A DNA stretch of 63,003 nucleotides, the filler included, from Choristocarpus tenellus KU-1152 (lineage: Eukaryota; Protista; Phaeophyceae): assembly GCA_964200185.2 (NCBI GenBank). It is 9 parts of 9 records of this genome, joined end to end, with 100 filler letters (N's around TTAATTAATTAA, not from the genome) between each part and the next. Parts side by side here need not be neighbours in the genome. Positions count along the whole stretch, not along the records: positions 18,129 to 42,518 come from CAXNAD020000213.1; positions 42,619 to 45,124 come from CAXNAD020027237.1; positions 45,225 to 49,495 come from CAXNAD020015363.1; positions 49,596 to 52,118 come from CAXNAD020027085.1; 5 more parts are not named here. One strand, given 5' to 3'. Positions 40,301-52,114 of this stretch are shown piece by piece. The translations under genes and the position numbers were made by a program. Under the pieces are notes generated by a model. The model did not search any database, was not told where the DNA came from, and saw only the letters and a list, made by a program, of their open reading frames with translations. Each line of letters starts with the position of its first letter. The first letter of the stretch is position 1.

Positions 40301-40359
40301 GTATGAGGAGCATGACCAGCAATTTGCAAAAGCTTTCATTTATGCGGCAAGATGCCTAG
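22395..40359 (+). CDS. VPS53: Vacuolar protein sorting-associated protein 53 (GARP/EARP subunit), complete, 11 exons, 878 aa
   Basis: Exons 22395-22970, 23113-23331, 24141-24413, 24759-25300, 25427-25588, 25685-25948, 26376-26524, 27474-27554, 27695-27780, 34218-34417 and 40275-40359 (TAG). All GT-AG, phases consistent, 2637 nt total. Vps53 motifs: DPLD.PDFDPVDYLN..FP.E.SL, MVQEICRDIKQLDFAK.HL..TIT.LKRLHMLV, DRRFAWF.R.L, NTAEYC and QQLLLD. The last two exons are less certain. Confidence 0.95.
28620..29330 (+). mobile_element. piggyBac-like transposase remnant (internally deleted) in VPS53 intron 9
   Basis: FPEDQLDEVVAATN, YW....PDFG....F..L..AF and DKW.EV..F are fused to WQPKPWSHRLFATILGMIETN, with the catalytic core missing. 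A Cys-rich tail follows at ~29260-29310. Confidence 0.65.
30800..31030 (+). repeat. 114-bp direct tandem duplication
   Basis: ttcagaaaatggga...gaagaggttggcaacagt.agaaggatggatctggagaaactggatcatatac.tagtcaatag occurs at 30804 and 30918. Confidence 0.9.
31190..31690 (+). mobile_element. Second decayed piggyBac-like transposase remnant
   Basis: NYLDSIFPEGQIKVMVEATN parallels the 28.66 kb copy, and KPKRTGAEIK (~31652-31683) resembles the piggyBac KP.xxGxxxK motif. Frameshifted. Confidence 0.5.
36010..37200 (-). pseudogene. GC-rich decayed coding sequence in VPS53 intron 10, probably TE-derived
   Basis: Charged helical segments interrupted by stops (ENPGVEYLSSRQLQQALAV*KLCEPEWLKEARKKVLGLDCKDSDA*KKIEKARKAEEK..., KGHIKVSEQGRYKRRFVLGLDEV). 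Family not identified. Confidence 0.35.
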
Positions 40360-41164
40360 ACTGGCCACTTGTAGAATGAATGGTTGATGTCTTCAATCTT
40401 TTTTTTTTTTTTGATGCTTTCATTTCTGTTGGTGTTCGCTGTAGATTGTTGATCTTTGGGTTGGTAGAACTTTTTTGTGTGCCGACGGAAGCAACTTGTC
40501 ACTTGCACTTCTATCCTTCAGTATTTTTCTGGAGTAGAAAACCCATGCAAGGGTGAATAATTATTGACACCAACATCACATATTACCTAGGGTTCACTCA
40601 AACATCTTCGCACTGCAACAGGTTGTCCTGTTACCCATGCTATTTATGTTTTGTTGGAGAATGTGTGTAGACTTCTAGGACTGTGTCGTACTCTGAGTTA
40701 AGTGTCTCGGTGAAGGTTCTACAAATATCTCCTACACGGTTGAGGCATTATCAGAACAAGTTCACTTCTCACTCGATACCATTATATGACTTTTGGTCAA
40801 ATTTTGCACATCTTACCTCTTGGTTAATATTCAAAATGACGTCAGCCTGGTTGAAAGGGTTGAAAGAAACACTGGGGTGTATTTTGTGGTGGATGATATA
40901 TCACTGTCAACTAAAATCAGTGCAGACACTCACTCCAGTGGGAAAAGGAAATGACTCATCTAGTGACTTGAGGGAGTTGTGCAGGAAATGCAATCTCCAC
41001 CCACAACTCTAACAAGAAAATATGTTACTACTTGAACCAACCATTGAGAGGATTGTGAGATCTTGACCATTTCCTGCTGAAGTCAAAAGGACTTCAACCA
41101 CTAATGACCGACCCAAGCATTTACATCATTTGTTCATTTGAGTTACGGAAAAGGAGGCATAGAG

Positions 41165-41842
41165 ATGAAAGAAGAGGATGTGATAACTACAATCACCGAT
41201 TCCATGGTAGAGGAGCTGTCACTAAGGGAGGGACTAGATGAAGTCACAGTAAGGAAGAGACTGGCTGATATGAAGCCTGATAATGAGGATAATATTGACA
41301 GGATTATACACAGTCCTGACATACATATGATCCACATGGTCTCGGGTGGTCACTCACCTCCTTGTCATGTTACAATAAGTCCAGCCAACTCAACTAAGAA
41401 TGGGGATGATAAGAAGTCTAGAGTTGAGCGTGGCCCTAACAGGGTCACCTACTATTTGAGTGTAAGTCTTACCTACTCTGTGGGGACTACTAACATCATA
41501 AGCTTCAGAGATGGTCTCTTAGACATAACTGAAAGGAGTGGTGGTAGTCCAGGTGCTGTTAACTACCTAACAGAGTATAATCATGTAGGGATACCAACTG
41601 GTCCAATGTTGTACTATGCGCAAACACTAGCAGATATACTGGGAGGTGTGGTAGGACTGACAAAGCACAACAGCACTTTCACCAGTGCAGGTGATGTGAA
41701 GTTCAAAGTAGTTAAAGCAGTGAAGGGTAGTAAGCCAACCAACCAGATACATGTATATGCTTATGAAGAGGGTACATGCTACGCAAACCTGTTCTTTACA
41801 ACTGGTGTTACACTAGTAGCATTGAAGAGTGTCCTAGAGTGA
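41165..41842 (+). CDS. Intronless orphan ORF, 225 aa (candidate viral or foreign origin)
   Basis: Open from ATG 41165 (frame open from 41108) to TGA 41842. Globular-looking composition, no introns needed, unlike the host genes here. AAGGAGG at 41151-41157 lies 7 nt before the ATG. No recognised domain. Confidence 0.55.
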   Translation: MKEEDVITTITDSMVEELSLREGLDEVTVRKRLADMKPDNEDNIDRIIHSPDIHMIHMVSGGHSPPCHVTISPANSTKNGDDKKSRVERGPNRVTYYLSVSLTYSVGTTNIISFRDGLLDITERSGGSPGAVNYLTEYNHVGIPTGPMLYYAQTLADILGGVVGLTKHNSTFTSAGDVKFKVVKAVKGSKPTNQIHVYAYEEGTCYANLFFTTGVTLVALKSVLE

Positions 41843-41860
41843 GTGACATACCTGAGATAC

Positions 41861-42518
41861 TCAACATGAAGATAGCTGGTTGTCACATAATAGCTGGTGT
41901 AAAGTCGACCACCAAACCTTCGAGTAATGTGATGAGGAAGAAGGTACTTTGAAGGACTTGTGCGCTGCTGTCTCTAGAACCAACTGGTTGGCTAGACATG
42001 CTAGTAGGGTTTTGAAGTTGTTGACAATGAGACTACTGTTAGTAGCTAGCTGCTGATCCTCATTGTCAACCATTACTATCACTGTCACTGTTCATCAGTT
42101 AGGTGAATTTGGTGCTACTACCAACAAACACTACTCTTACCTGTTAAGTTATAACTGGTAGTACAGGGTACTGCCATTGACATTATCTTATGTTGCTGAC
42201 TCTTCTACTCGTTACCCTTAAGTAACTCTCTAGCATCTCTACCAAGACCTCATCTTATCTTAGCACAAACAGCTCTGATATACTGTCTTTGAGTTGAATC
42301 AAAGACTGACATACCACCGACATACCGCTCGAACTAAGCGCACCCGTATACGAGTAGCAACTACTAGTGATACTAGTCCACACTGTGTTACTCTCAAGTA
42401 CCATCTCAGCAACACCACTATCACACCTTCTCATGTAAGCATAGATAGATAAGCTAAGCATTATAGGCTTGGTAAGCTTTTAATCCACCAACTACCTAAT
42501 ACTCGACAGGCTTATCTT
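41861..42518 (-). pseudogene. Decayed ORF converging on the 41165-41842 ORF
   Basis: Segments MLSLSIYAYMRRCDSGVAEMVLESNTVWTS...ELFVLR*DEVLVEMLESYLRV... and ..VDNEDQQLATNSSLIVNNFKTLLACLANQLVLE..SSC*. The stop lies 18 bp from the partner's stop. Same AGT/ACT/CTA-rich texture. Truncated by the spacer. Confidence 0.4.
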
Positions 42519-42914
42519 NNNNNNNNNNNNNNNNNNNNNNNNNNNNNNNNNNNNNNNNNNNNTTAATTAATTAANNNNNNNNNNNNNNNNNNNNNNNNNN
42601 NNNNNNNNNNNNNNNNNNGGGAGGGGCAAGAACACCTGCCAAGCGTTAGGGCTATTCTGAAGCACGAACAAGAGTTTCTTTTTATTCTTCTTAAAAAAAA
42701 CAAGAAAAAACAGCACTCTAGTCTACACTCAAGAGGCAGATTTAAAATAAAATGGCAGCAGCATGACCTCCTCTCCGGAAAGCATTGTTTTCTTCTCCAT
42801 TTTTTCTTTACAATCTGGCCTACATTCAAGAGGCAGATGTAAAATAAAACGTGTAGGAAGGTCTGGATCATGTTTAGACATAGGCTGTTCATCTTTTGTG
42901 CTATTGATATTATA

Positions 42915-43296
42915 CTCCCTCTGTCCCATACGTCTGTTCCCTTACGCATGTAGCTCTTCGGGATGACCTCCGATTTCAAAAACATACTTTTGCATTGGAT
43001 TCCTTGATGTTTAAAAAAAATAAATTAGAATACCTTTTCTCGGTTTGAGTTTTTTCTTTTCCATCAATACAACAATTCAATGCCTTATTGTGGACCCATG
43101 CCCGCCTAACCTCTGTTCCATATTTTCAGAACAATTTTGGGATATATATATATATATATATATATTTCAAACATAACTCATCTTGCATAAATTTTTCCGA
43201 GGAATCCAACGAAAAAATCATTTGTTTTTTTTTAAAATCGGAGGTCATCCCGAAGAGGTACATTCATACGGGAACAGACTTACGGGACAGAGGGAG
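42915..43296. mobile_element. Stowaway-like (Tc1/mariner-derived) MITE, ~382 bp
   Basis: ta|CTCCCTCTGTCCC ... GGGACAGAGGGAG|tg. Subterminal inverted homology continues ~90 bp (gtctgttccc/gggaacagac; ctcttcgggatgacctccgattt/aaatcggaggtcatcccgaagag). Termini resemble the Stowaway CTCCCTCCGT consensus with a TA target. Confidence 0.85.
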
Positions 43297-43756
43297 TGTA
43301 TATATAGCCAGTGTAGTCCTTCCTTCATGGAAGCAAGAAGTGCATAAAAAAAATTGTAACTAAAAACAGTCAGTCCAGTTTCATCTCCGACAACCACAAC
43401 CACAACAGCAACGAAGAAGTTGACAGTTTCAGGCTTCAAAAAAAAAAGTTTTGACGGATACAATAAAAGGTGCAAAACAAATATATATACATATTTTTAA
43501 AATTTCTGTAACGTTCTCAATTAAAAAAAAAAGTTATTTTATCACTTCTCAGAAGATACCAATAGGTTTGGAAACCCTCAGACTAATGTAAAAGAAATAA
43601 AGTTCCTAGTAAGAACAATCGTAGTAGTATCAATAGTAACAATACCACTACTACTACAAACAGATAGTAATAATAAAAATAATAATGAAAGCAGTAGTAA
43701 TAATAATAATAATAATAACAATAATAATAAAAGGAATTTGCCCACAGGCGAGATAT

Positions 43757-43918
43757 CTATCTTAGTATTATCATTGTAGGGTACCCCAACTTATTCTTCT
43801 TCTTATTGTTGTTGTTGTTGTTGTTACTCCAATAGTCCTTACCATCAAAGTCCACGTACTCTACCCCTTCATCGGGGTTATTCCGGCGCTCCTCCCTCTC
43901 CTTGTCTGCGCGTTCAAT
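43757..43918 (-). CDS. Possible terminal exon of an unidentified gene
   Basis: Pyrimidine tract plus ccag acceptor, then IERADKEREERRNNPDEGVEYVDFDGKDYWSNNNNNNNKKKNKLGYPTMIILR*. No other exons identified. Confidence 0.35.
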   Translation of the reverse strand: MERADKEREERRNNPDEGVEYVDFDGKDYWSNNNNNNNKKKNKLGYPTMIILR

Positions 43919-44741
43919 CTGGAGGTAAATAAAAAAAAGAAATGAAATGTGCATTAAAACAATTCAAAACGAATTTGGCGTCGAAGTACACTCTTCAAGA
44001 GAAAAATGTATATATATATGTATATATTAATATGTATATATATATATATATACATATTAAAAAAAAAATCACGCTGAGAAAAAGGAGCATAAAATGAGTA
44101 GTAGCACAAGGCAACAAGAAAAAACACAGAGTACATATAAATAATAAAAAAATAATGATAGTAGTAATAGAAACAATACTAGCAATAACAATGATGGTAG
44201 TAGTAGTAGTCTACACAATTTCAGGTCCAAGCGGTGTGTAAATCAGCAGCAACAGCTATATTCACAACCTTGATAGGCGTTATTACTATATTCACATGGA
44301 AGGTCAAACACAACCTTGATAGGCGTTATTACTCCAGCAGAAGTTGGAGAGAGAGAGAGAGAAATAGAGAGTTGGAAAACAGAAAAGGGGTGGGGGGTCG
44401 GGGGTGGGAAGGAGCGACAGTATAATACATACATATATATATATAATATACATATATTATAATATGTTGTACTTAATATCGGATTTTATTTTCTCAAGTT
44501 TGTATCACCCAGTGCTTCTTAGTACACAGTCACACACACGCATTGACAGCAGAGCATCACTAACTTGGCAGGCATTACTTTGGGCAGTCAGAGGGGAGGG
44601 AGGATATGGGTGGGATTGGGAGGTACGATAGCCAAGGTGAGAACAACACATGTAATGCATACCAGGTCCATGCATCAAAGGGAAAGGTTTTCCACAAGTG
44701 AGGAAGGCAGGGACAGTTGCACCTATACACTACTAGTAGGT

Positions 44742-44782
<41 letters not shown>

Positions 44783-45365
44783 TGAGTGAGTGAGTGAGTG
44801 AGAGAGCGACCAGGCTGAGGATGAAAGGGACCAGCACACTGACACTCTACCCAACAACATTCCATAATAAAAACATAAAAACATCAAACAGAACCCGCGA
44901 TGGGAACGCTAACCTTATAACCCTGCCTAACCCCTACCTACTTCACAAAACAGTAAAAAAAATAATATTGCTACTCCAGACACATTTCTCAAAGCAACGA
45001 CAAAAAAAGGAAAGGAAAGAGGCGTTTTTTTTTCATAGCCCGCCTTACAGGACCGGGGTACTCCCCCCCCCCGGAGTCGGTTTCAGTACCAAAAAATAAA
45101 CAAACACACAGAGACACACACACCNNNNNNNNNNNNNNNNNNNNNNNNNNNNNNNNNNNNNNNNNNNNTTAATTAATTAANNNNNNNNNNNNNNNNNNNN
45201 NNNNNNNNNNNNNNNNNNNNNNNNTTTGTGTAGGGGGAGGGAATACATAAACCCCCCCCACAACTTGACATAGTCTGTTTTTTGAATTCCCCCCCCCCCC
45301 CCCCCCTCCCCTTCTGGTATACTTCTCAACCGTGTGTGTGTTCAAATCCCTATCCATTTTGTCAG

Positions 45366-46323
45366 GATGGGGCGGATCTGGACGCCTTCATAGCATCCAA
45401 CTCCGATGTGTTTGCTGCGCAAGGGGGAAGTGTGGTGAGAAATTTTTATGCTGCACTTATGTGCCCCTTCCCCACCATAACTCTCCTCTGCACCCAACTC
45501 TGTACAGCTGGGTGATGTGTGCATTTTGAATTCATTTTTAACCCCAGTGATGTGCTACTTTCTGTGTTCCTGTTTTATAGTTTATAATGTGGAACTGGTA
45601 TTGGTGTCACTTGTTGATTTACATTCCAAACTATTAAGAAATTTAGCGGTGACTAAATGGGATATAGTAAGGGATTGGACTGCACTGTAGGGTACTGTTG
45701 TTGCCTGGCGTTCTTGTGGGTGGCACTGGTGGTGTATGTACGCTTTTGCGGGAATTTGTAGAAATTTACTGGACTACTCCACAACTTTTCAGTAGTAGTA
45801 TTATTATTACTATTATGAGGGTTATACCCCACCCATCCTTGCATCTACCTTGTGCTCCTCCCCACCCTGCTGTTTTTGGACATAATAGATAAACCTGTTT
45901 TCTCAAATGCATATCTGAGTGACTGTTATTAGATTAAGGTCAACTAGACAGTCTACTTGAGTGTACAAAGCAGAGGGTGCAAGTGGCAGTTACCTGCACA
46001 TCTTAGAAAGGCATATGTGAAGAAATACAAAGAAGCACCTGAATCTTGTGGCAAATGTAGTACATAGATGTTTGTCAGTAGACCATTTTATTGGTGTTAA
46101 TGGTGGTGCTCTTTGCAGCTGATTCGTTAGCTCTCTATGTTGCCATGACCCTCACATTCTTGCCTTGGTTTGATCTTGAATGTTATGTTCCCCCAAACCC
46201 CCCCTCCTCCAACAGGAGGTAAATTTTGTTCCCAATGAGTTCAACCAGATCCAGCCCAAGAAGTTCAAGGAGTCGGTTGAGTTTGAGAAAGTCCTAAAGA
46301 TAGTAAATTGCTTCTCCAATTGA
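45366..46323 (+). CDS. EIF3K: Probable eukaryotic translation initiation factor 3 subunit K, last two exons
   Basis: Exon 45366-45434 (DGADLDAFIASNSDVFAAQGGSV) and exon 46216-46323 (EVNFVPNEFNQIQPKKFKESVEFEKVLKIVNCFSN*), GT-AG, phase 0. P.NEFN....KK...V.FE resembles the eIF3k C-terminus. The 5' exons are lost at the spacer. Confidence 0.65.
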
Positions 46324-46569
46324 TAGGGTACAGGTCAGGGTAACACTTCAGCAAGCAGTTAGCGACAAGGCTTTTCATGGTCAGGAGTATGTCTGTGCCT
46401 GAGTAGGCCTCAGGGAGGGAGGGCTAGAGACCTGTGTACGGGATGTAGCAGCTTTTGAAGTTTATATAAGGGTGTTGAATCAATCCAAAACTGTTAAGCT
46501 CCAATGGTGACCGCTGTCTCATAGCACGTCTAGTATTGAGCACACTCTTTTGTTAGCACTCCAACAGCT

Positions 46570-47030
46570 TACGGTATATAACCCCTTGAGGCAGAGATGT
46601 TGTCATTGTATCTCATTGATATATTCTGGCATGCTTAGAGGAATCACTTATCAACATTTATGGCATCCGATTGTCTATCCCCTCTAGAAGTGGTCATGTT
46701 GGATTTTTAAGAGATGTAACGATTAGGTAGGACAAGTAGGCAATAATTTGTTATGACCTGAATGGTGTTTTTGTCAAATTGTGGAAGTCCTTCCAATCCA
46801 TATGAACGTACAAAGTTGATCCTTGTTGACGTGTTCTCACACAACTCTGATGTTGCCACGCACAAGGCTCTCAAGTATCGTGAGCGATTTGGTTCTCTTT
46901 GACCCACTTGGTCCATGTATCCATGGTGATAAATCTGTTGCAGACTGTATACATTGTTGAGTAAGCGAGTCAGAAGATTTTGACTTGCTTTTGTTAATAC
47001 TGAGAGCCAATCGGTATACTTATCTACACA
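46570..47030 (-). mobile_element. Possible Penelope-like/RT C-terminal remnant
   Basis: Weak pieces INFV (cf. VNFLD), PNRYIS*KS (cf. NxYLxxxS.H) and SRGY (cf. L..RGY). Heavily decayed. Confidence 0.2.
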
Positions 47031-49600
47031 CACATTATTGGCTACTACGTCAATTGCTGGTAAGAAGACAACTGTACTGTTGCCAAGTTAGAAGAGAAGA
47101 TCACCCTCTCCTGCTGCCCAACCAGCCAGCGCAAGAAGTGACAGCACAAGGACTTGGAAGTCTCTCCCGGCTGAAGCCGGGGGTTTTAACCAAAAAGCGG
47201 ACTATAAAACTTGTAGGGGATTTTTGTTCTCAAGTTAGTATAACCTTGTTGTTATTACAATTTTTTTATTGAACTTTTTAAAACAAGTAGTCCACCTATT
47301 GCACCAAAAAAAGATATTAGCGCTATATAAGACCCAAAATATATTGGTTGATAAATGTTTCATTATTAATGTGAACATATTAACGTCCAGACAAGGCAAG
47401 GTGCGCTTTTAACATGTATAGATTTTTGACTGTGGACTACTAACAGTTCAACACATACTAGACATGAGTGGATGACTAGCCTACTAGGATACACATGCAT
47501 AAGCATTCAGGATGAGTAGGATCTCAACCATATTTTTGTATGTAGACTTAAGATTTCAAATTGGTTGATGTCAATTGTGATCTCTTACACGCATGAAATA
47601 AACAAAGGGTCAGTGCTTTTTTGACATGAAAATAAATGCCAAATACTCTCAAGAAGTGATCTGAGATGCATTTATTATCAAATTTGAAGCTCAAACAAAA
47701 AACACAAAAACAATTTGAGTCCAATGCACTTCTTCCATTGTATCCAACACAACACACCACCCCCAGTGTCAATTCAGATATGAGGTAACATTTACTACTG
47801 ATATACAAAACCGATTCTCTCTTCTTGAAAAATTACAGAATGGGGGGGATAGATACTACTACATCAAATAGGACTCTTGTGATGATTTTGTATACAAGGG
47901 GAAAATTCCACTAATTAATCTACTGGGGAAGAGGACCAAAAATGGCACAACCTAAACATGCATTGTAATTGCCTGGTCCGCCAAGTGAAAAACTTTTAAT
48001 TCCATGGAATCTATAGATCCGAAAACTAGCGACACCAAGCTCTGTTCCTCCTCCCAAAAAAAATGGGCTATACAACTCTGAAAAAAGACTTTCTAGCAAG
48101 CATCCTTTCGGTTTCTACACATTTAATAGAAGTCATATCCCAAGAACCAGTTATTGGGTATGTAACATGTCCCACCCTGCTCCACTCGAATTCAAGGCAG
48201 GCCACCCTTGTGTCAGCAAATAGACAATGAATACTACACACTTTTCCCATCGGAAACAACCAGCTTGTGAGTGTAGAAAATACACACACAAACATATGCA
48301 GGCAAGACAAACAAGATGCTGGAGAGTGAAACAACAACTACCTCCAACATAACATGCACATACATACACCCTACAGGACCAAACTAATAAAATACAACAC
48401 ATCAAACCTGATCAATACTTCAACAGAGAATGAACCTACCCATTTCAACTTGCTCAGAATTTTGAAAACACAGGCAGCACACCCCTACATGGTGGGACTG
48501 TGCAAGCTGTCCCAGCACGGTATTACAAGAGCACTGCTCCAACTGGACTCTTCAAAAACTTGCAAAGCGAGCGTGTACGCTGCGAGAATCGCTCGAATTC
48601 CAAAAACGCCTCCTCCTTGGTGAAAAATGTGGAAGCCACCAGTGGCATTCAACTGGAAGTGGAAGTGGAAGTGGATAGATGAGGGCAACACAGACAACAG
48701 TCTTGTGGTTGGTGAGCTGGAGTTGGACCATAACTAGATACTTATGAAAGAGCAGTTGTAGTCACACTACTGCTGCTTCAGTGCTACCCTGGTACTTGGG
48801 GGACAGGCAAAATCAGTCACTGGGCTAAAAGTGAATGAGGGACTTCAGACCGTATGCAGATTTTGTACAATTGTTGGGTTCTAAATGAGTTGTATGTATG
48901 GTGCAATGAGTTCTTCACGGTTTAAGTGTTTGGAGGAGTTTGTGGCCGGATCAGCCCCACCTAAATAGTCCAACGTATTCATTTCAGATTTTAAATCATT
49001 TGTTTTTAAAGTACGGAACAAAAACTGGACAAAAAATACGAAGAACACAACCCATATCTCCAAAATACACTACAAAACCCTAACCACGATAAAATACAAA
49101 AAAAAGGTCTCGAAAACACCCTCATCTTGCTGCAACAACGACTTTCAACTTCTCCCCAGCCTCACCAGTAACAAAAAAGCAGTGTCCATTTTCCTAACAA
49201 AACACCAAGCAAAAGACCCCGTATGTGAATCAGGGGGCGAGGAACACCTTGTTGGACATGTACCCAGGACTTCCTAAGCACATGAATCCATCTTTTTGGA
49301 AGGTAAACTCTATTCAAACGGGTCTCCTCTTTAAGGTCTGGATACAGTTCATATATCGCACTTTCTTCTTCCATTGGTGCAAACCGTTGTCTCTATGTAC
49401 AAAATTTGCTAAGATGCAAATTTAAATTCTCCAATACCAAAACCTTTATATTTCCAACATGTAACACAAGGGGCGGGGTGGTGGGAGTGGGGGGGNNNNN
49501 NNNNNNNNNNNNNNNNNNNNNNNNNNNNNNNNNNNNNNNTTAATTAATTAANNNNNNNNNNNNNNNNNNNNNNNNNNNNNNNNNNNNNNNNNNNNATCCG

Positions 49601-49663
49601 AGGGAAGCCAAGCCCCAAATGGACAAACAGGGCAAAACTCGTACCCTCTAAGATGCTTTCACT
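49601..49663. mobile_element. MITE family B terminus
   Basis: gggaagccaagccccaaatggacaaacagggcaaaactcgtaccctctaagatgctttcactc is near-identical to 11478-11540. Confidence 0.85.
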
Positions 49664-51331
49664 CATTAATATTAAGTCCTTTGAACTACCGCGAACTGTA
49701 ATATTGGTGGAATTTGTGTTGAGCCTCTGACTTCATATCCTTTTCCCCCCAGACCTCCAAGTCACACCATGTCATACACCTTGCTACCCTACTGGCCACC
49801 CCAAGCATATCCTTTCAATTATATGTTGACATGCTGGTTTTCATGCTCAATATCAGTTGTTCAAGTCATAACCCAAGGGACTTGACTCCAATTGAGCAAC
49901 TTCTTCCAACAGTGCCTAACGATGCAGGGTTCCTCTCCCTTGGGCACAACGGAGCACAGCACAGCCTGCATGTCTAATATAACCCTTATCAATGAACCAC
50001 TCTATTTTCGAACTATCAGTGGTCTGGCAATAGAGCGCTGAGCTCATTCGTTAAGGAGCTTCGATTTGAATCTAGGAGTAACACCATGAAGCATGCACGG
50101 CTTCTAGAAGATATGATCAAGGTAACATATTACAGAGGCAAATCAGATATCTAACTGGAAGTTCAACTGAGAATGCGAACACAACAGATCTAGGAGTCAT
50201 TATTTGCCACAGAGCTTCTTAATCCTCCAAGTTTTGATCCTTGAACACACGAGTGTGGTGACTATGATACAGGGTGGTCTCTTCCACCACTACGATCACT
50301 CCCCCTTCACTGTGCTCCAATGATCTCCAAAACCATGTGCAATAGATCTGCTGAGTGAACCATGCAAACCTAGCAGAGATATTTGTGCAACCACTTCTGA
50401 CATGTAATGCACTCGCTGCCTTGCCCTACAAAGTGCATATTGGCCAACCCTCCCTCTCTGGTTTTCTTCTCCACATGAGAGCCTTGGAAAATAATATACC
50501 TCAAAAATGTAATATGAAGCATGTACGTTAGGGCTGGGGTGTGCCACAAGGAGATCACAACTTTTTGAGAGAGTGCAGGGAGTCAATTTTATTATTACCT
50601 GAATATATGTATCCCTCAATACCCTTCACAAAACAAAAAATCGGCCCAAACTGGACAACAAGCTCCTCGCTCTGTCTAACTTCCCTGCCCCTGATATTAT
50701 CAAATTATGATGTCCTCTGATTATTTCTTGCTGAAAAAAACATATCACAAATACTAGGCAGAGGAGGCAGAGGGAGAATTCTGGGACTCAAACATATTGC
50801 ATGAAACACCCCAGCGCTATCCAAGAGAGGAGTACATTAATTTATCCAGGCAGGAGCTGGAGGACTTGAAGAGCAGTATCTCAAAGAAGGATGGTCTGGA
50901 CATCAATACCACATACAAGAAGGTGATACCATGTTTTGCCCTTACCCCTGGCTTTCAATTCTGTTGTATAGAAAGTATAACATTACGGCTTCAGGATTTA
51001 ATGTGATATGTGAATTACTAGGACAATAGCTTTGGGTGCTCACAGATTAATCGTGCAATATTGTATGGTTCAAGTACCTGACTGTGAGGTCACCCAGCAT
51101 TGTAAGGTAAGATTCTTCAGTGAGGGGCACCATAGGAAGCAAAAAATCTTGAACCAGCTCTCATTTTTTTTCTACTTTTCACAAAAAAGAAAATAAAAAA
51201 TGTTGGACCACCATAGTAAGCAAAAAGAAAATGGCATTAACCTGCTGCTATATAAATGTTCCCATAGAGTACTGCCAACGAAATTTATGGGATGTGCGCA
51301 CGGATTGATCTGAACCTCAACATTTGGAGTC

Positions 51332-51583
51332 AAAATATCTTAGAGGGTAGAGCTGCGTCCGTTTGGGGGATGAAATCCAATGTTGCGATTTTGATGTAAT
51401 TTTGGCTACGTATTTGTTAGGAATTGCTAATATCCTTTTTCCGGACAAACCTTTTCATAACGTATACACTATAACTATTCCGAAATAATTTGAAGTAGGA
51501 AAAGGTTAAAAAAAAACCCGTAGGAAGTCAAGCCCCAAACAGAAAAACAGGACAAAACTCGTACCCTCTAAGATCATTTCTCT
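51332..51583. mobile_element. MITE family B copy (diverged)
   Basis: Left end aatatcttagagggta...gtttgggg and right end ggaagtcaagccccaaacagaaaaacaggacaaaactcgtaccctctaagatcatttc. Confidence 0.75.
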
Positions 51584-52060
51584 CTTGGCTCAGAAAAAGT
51601 CTAAGTGCTTCAAAATTCCATGACAAGGAGGGTGTAACAAATTGCCATTGGCAACAATTTATATTCTAACAGTATTCTATCATCTTGCAGGGATCGGGTA
51701 CCACAAGTGCATTTGGAACACCAAAAGGCAGTCTTTTCCAAGCAAAAAAATGTATACCCTAAAGTAGAAGGGCCACATTGAGGTATTGGGCACACTACTC
51801 TTGCAAGAGGAGAGCCATCATCTGTATGTCTCTCTATGACTATCATGCTCACAAATGCAAGTTATGACGGTGCTAAATCTCCTTGTTGTCCTAGTGCACT
51901 CCAAACAACTGGTTCTTAATTCTTGAGGGTGAAAGCTACACCTCACTCTTACATGGCACAAAATATGCACAATGCAGGCTTCAGTTTCGATTTTGTTACC
52001 TTTCAGGAGTACTTTGAAATGATTAAAGTATAGGTGGACTCCACCTACATTGTAGTTGGT

Positions 52061-52114
52061 GGCTCAAAGTATCTGGGAGGGGGTGGCGGCTGTCCATTTG
52101 GGGTCAATTTTTTT
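52061..52114. mobile_element. MITE family A-related terminus
   Basis: ctcaaagtatctgggagggggtggcggctgtccatttggggtcaattttt is the near reverse complement of 8474-8524. Confidence 0.75.

Noticed and set aside
43620-44800. AAT, TA, GA and GTGA microsatellites and the short ORFs over them
   Set aside because: Ordinary low-complexity sequence.
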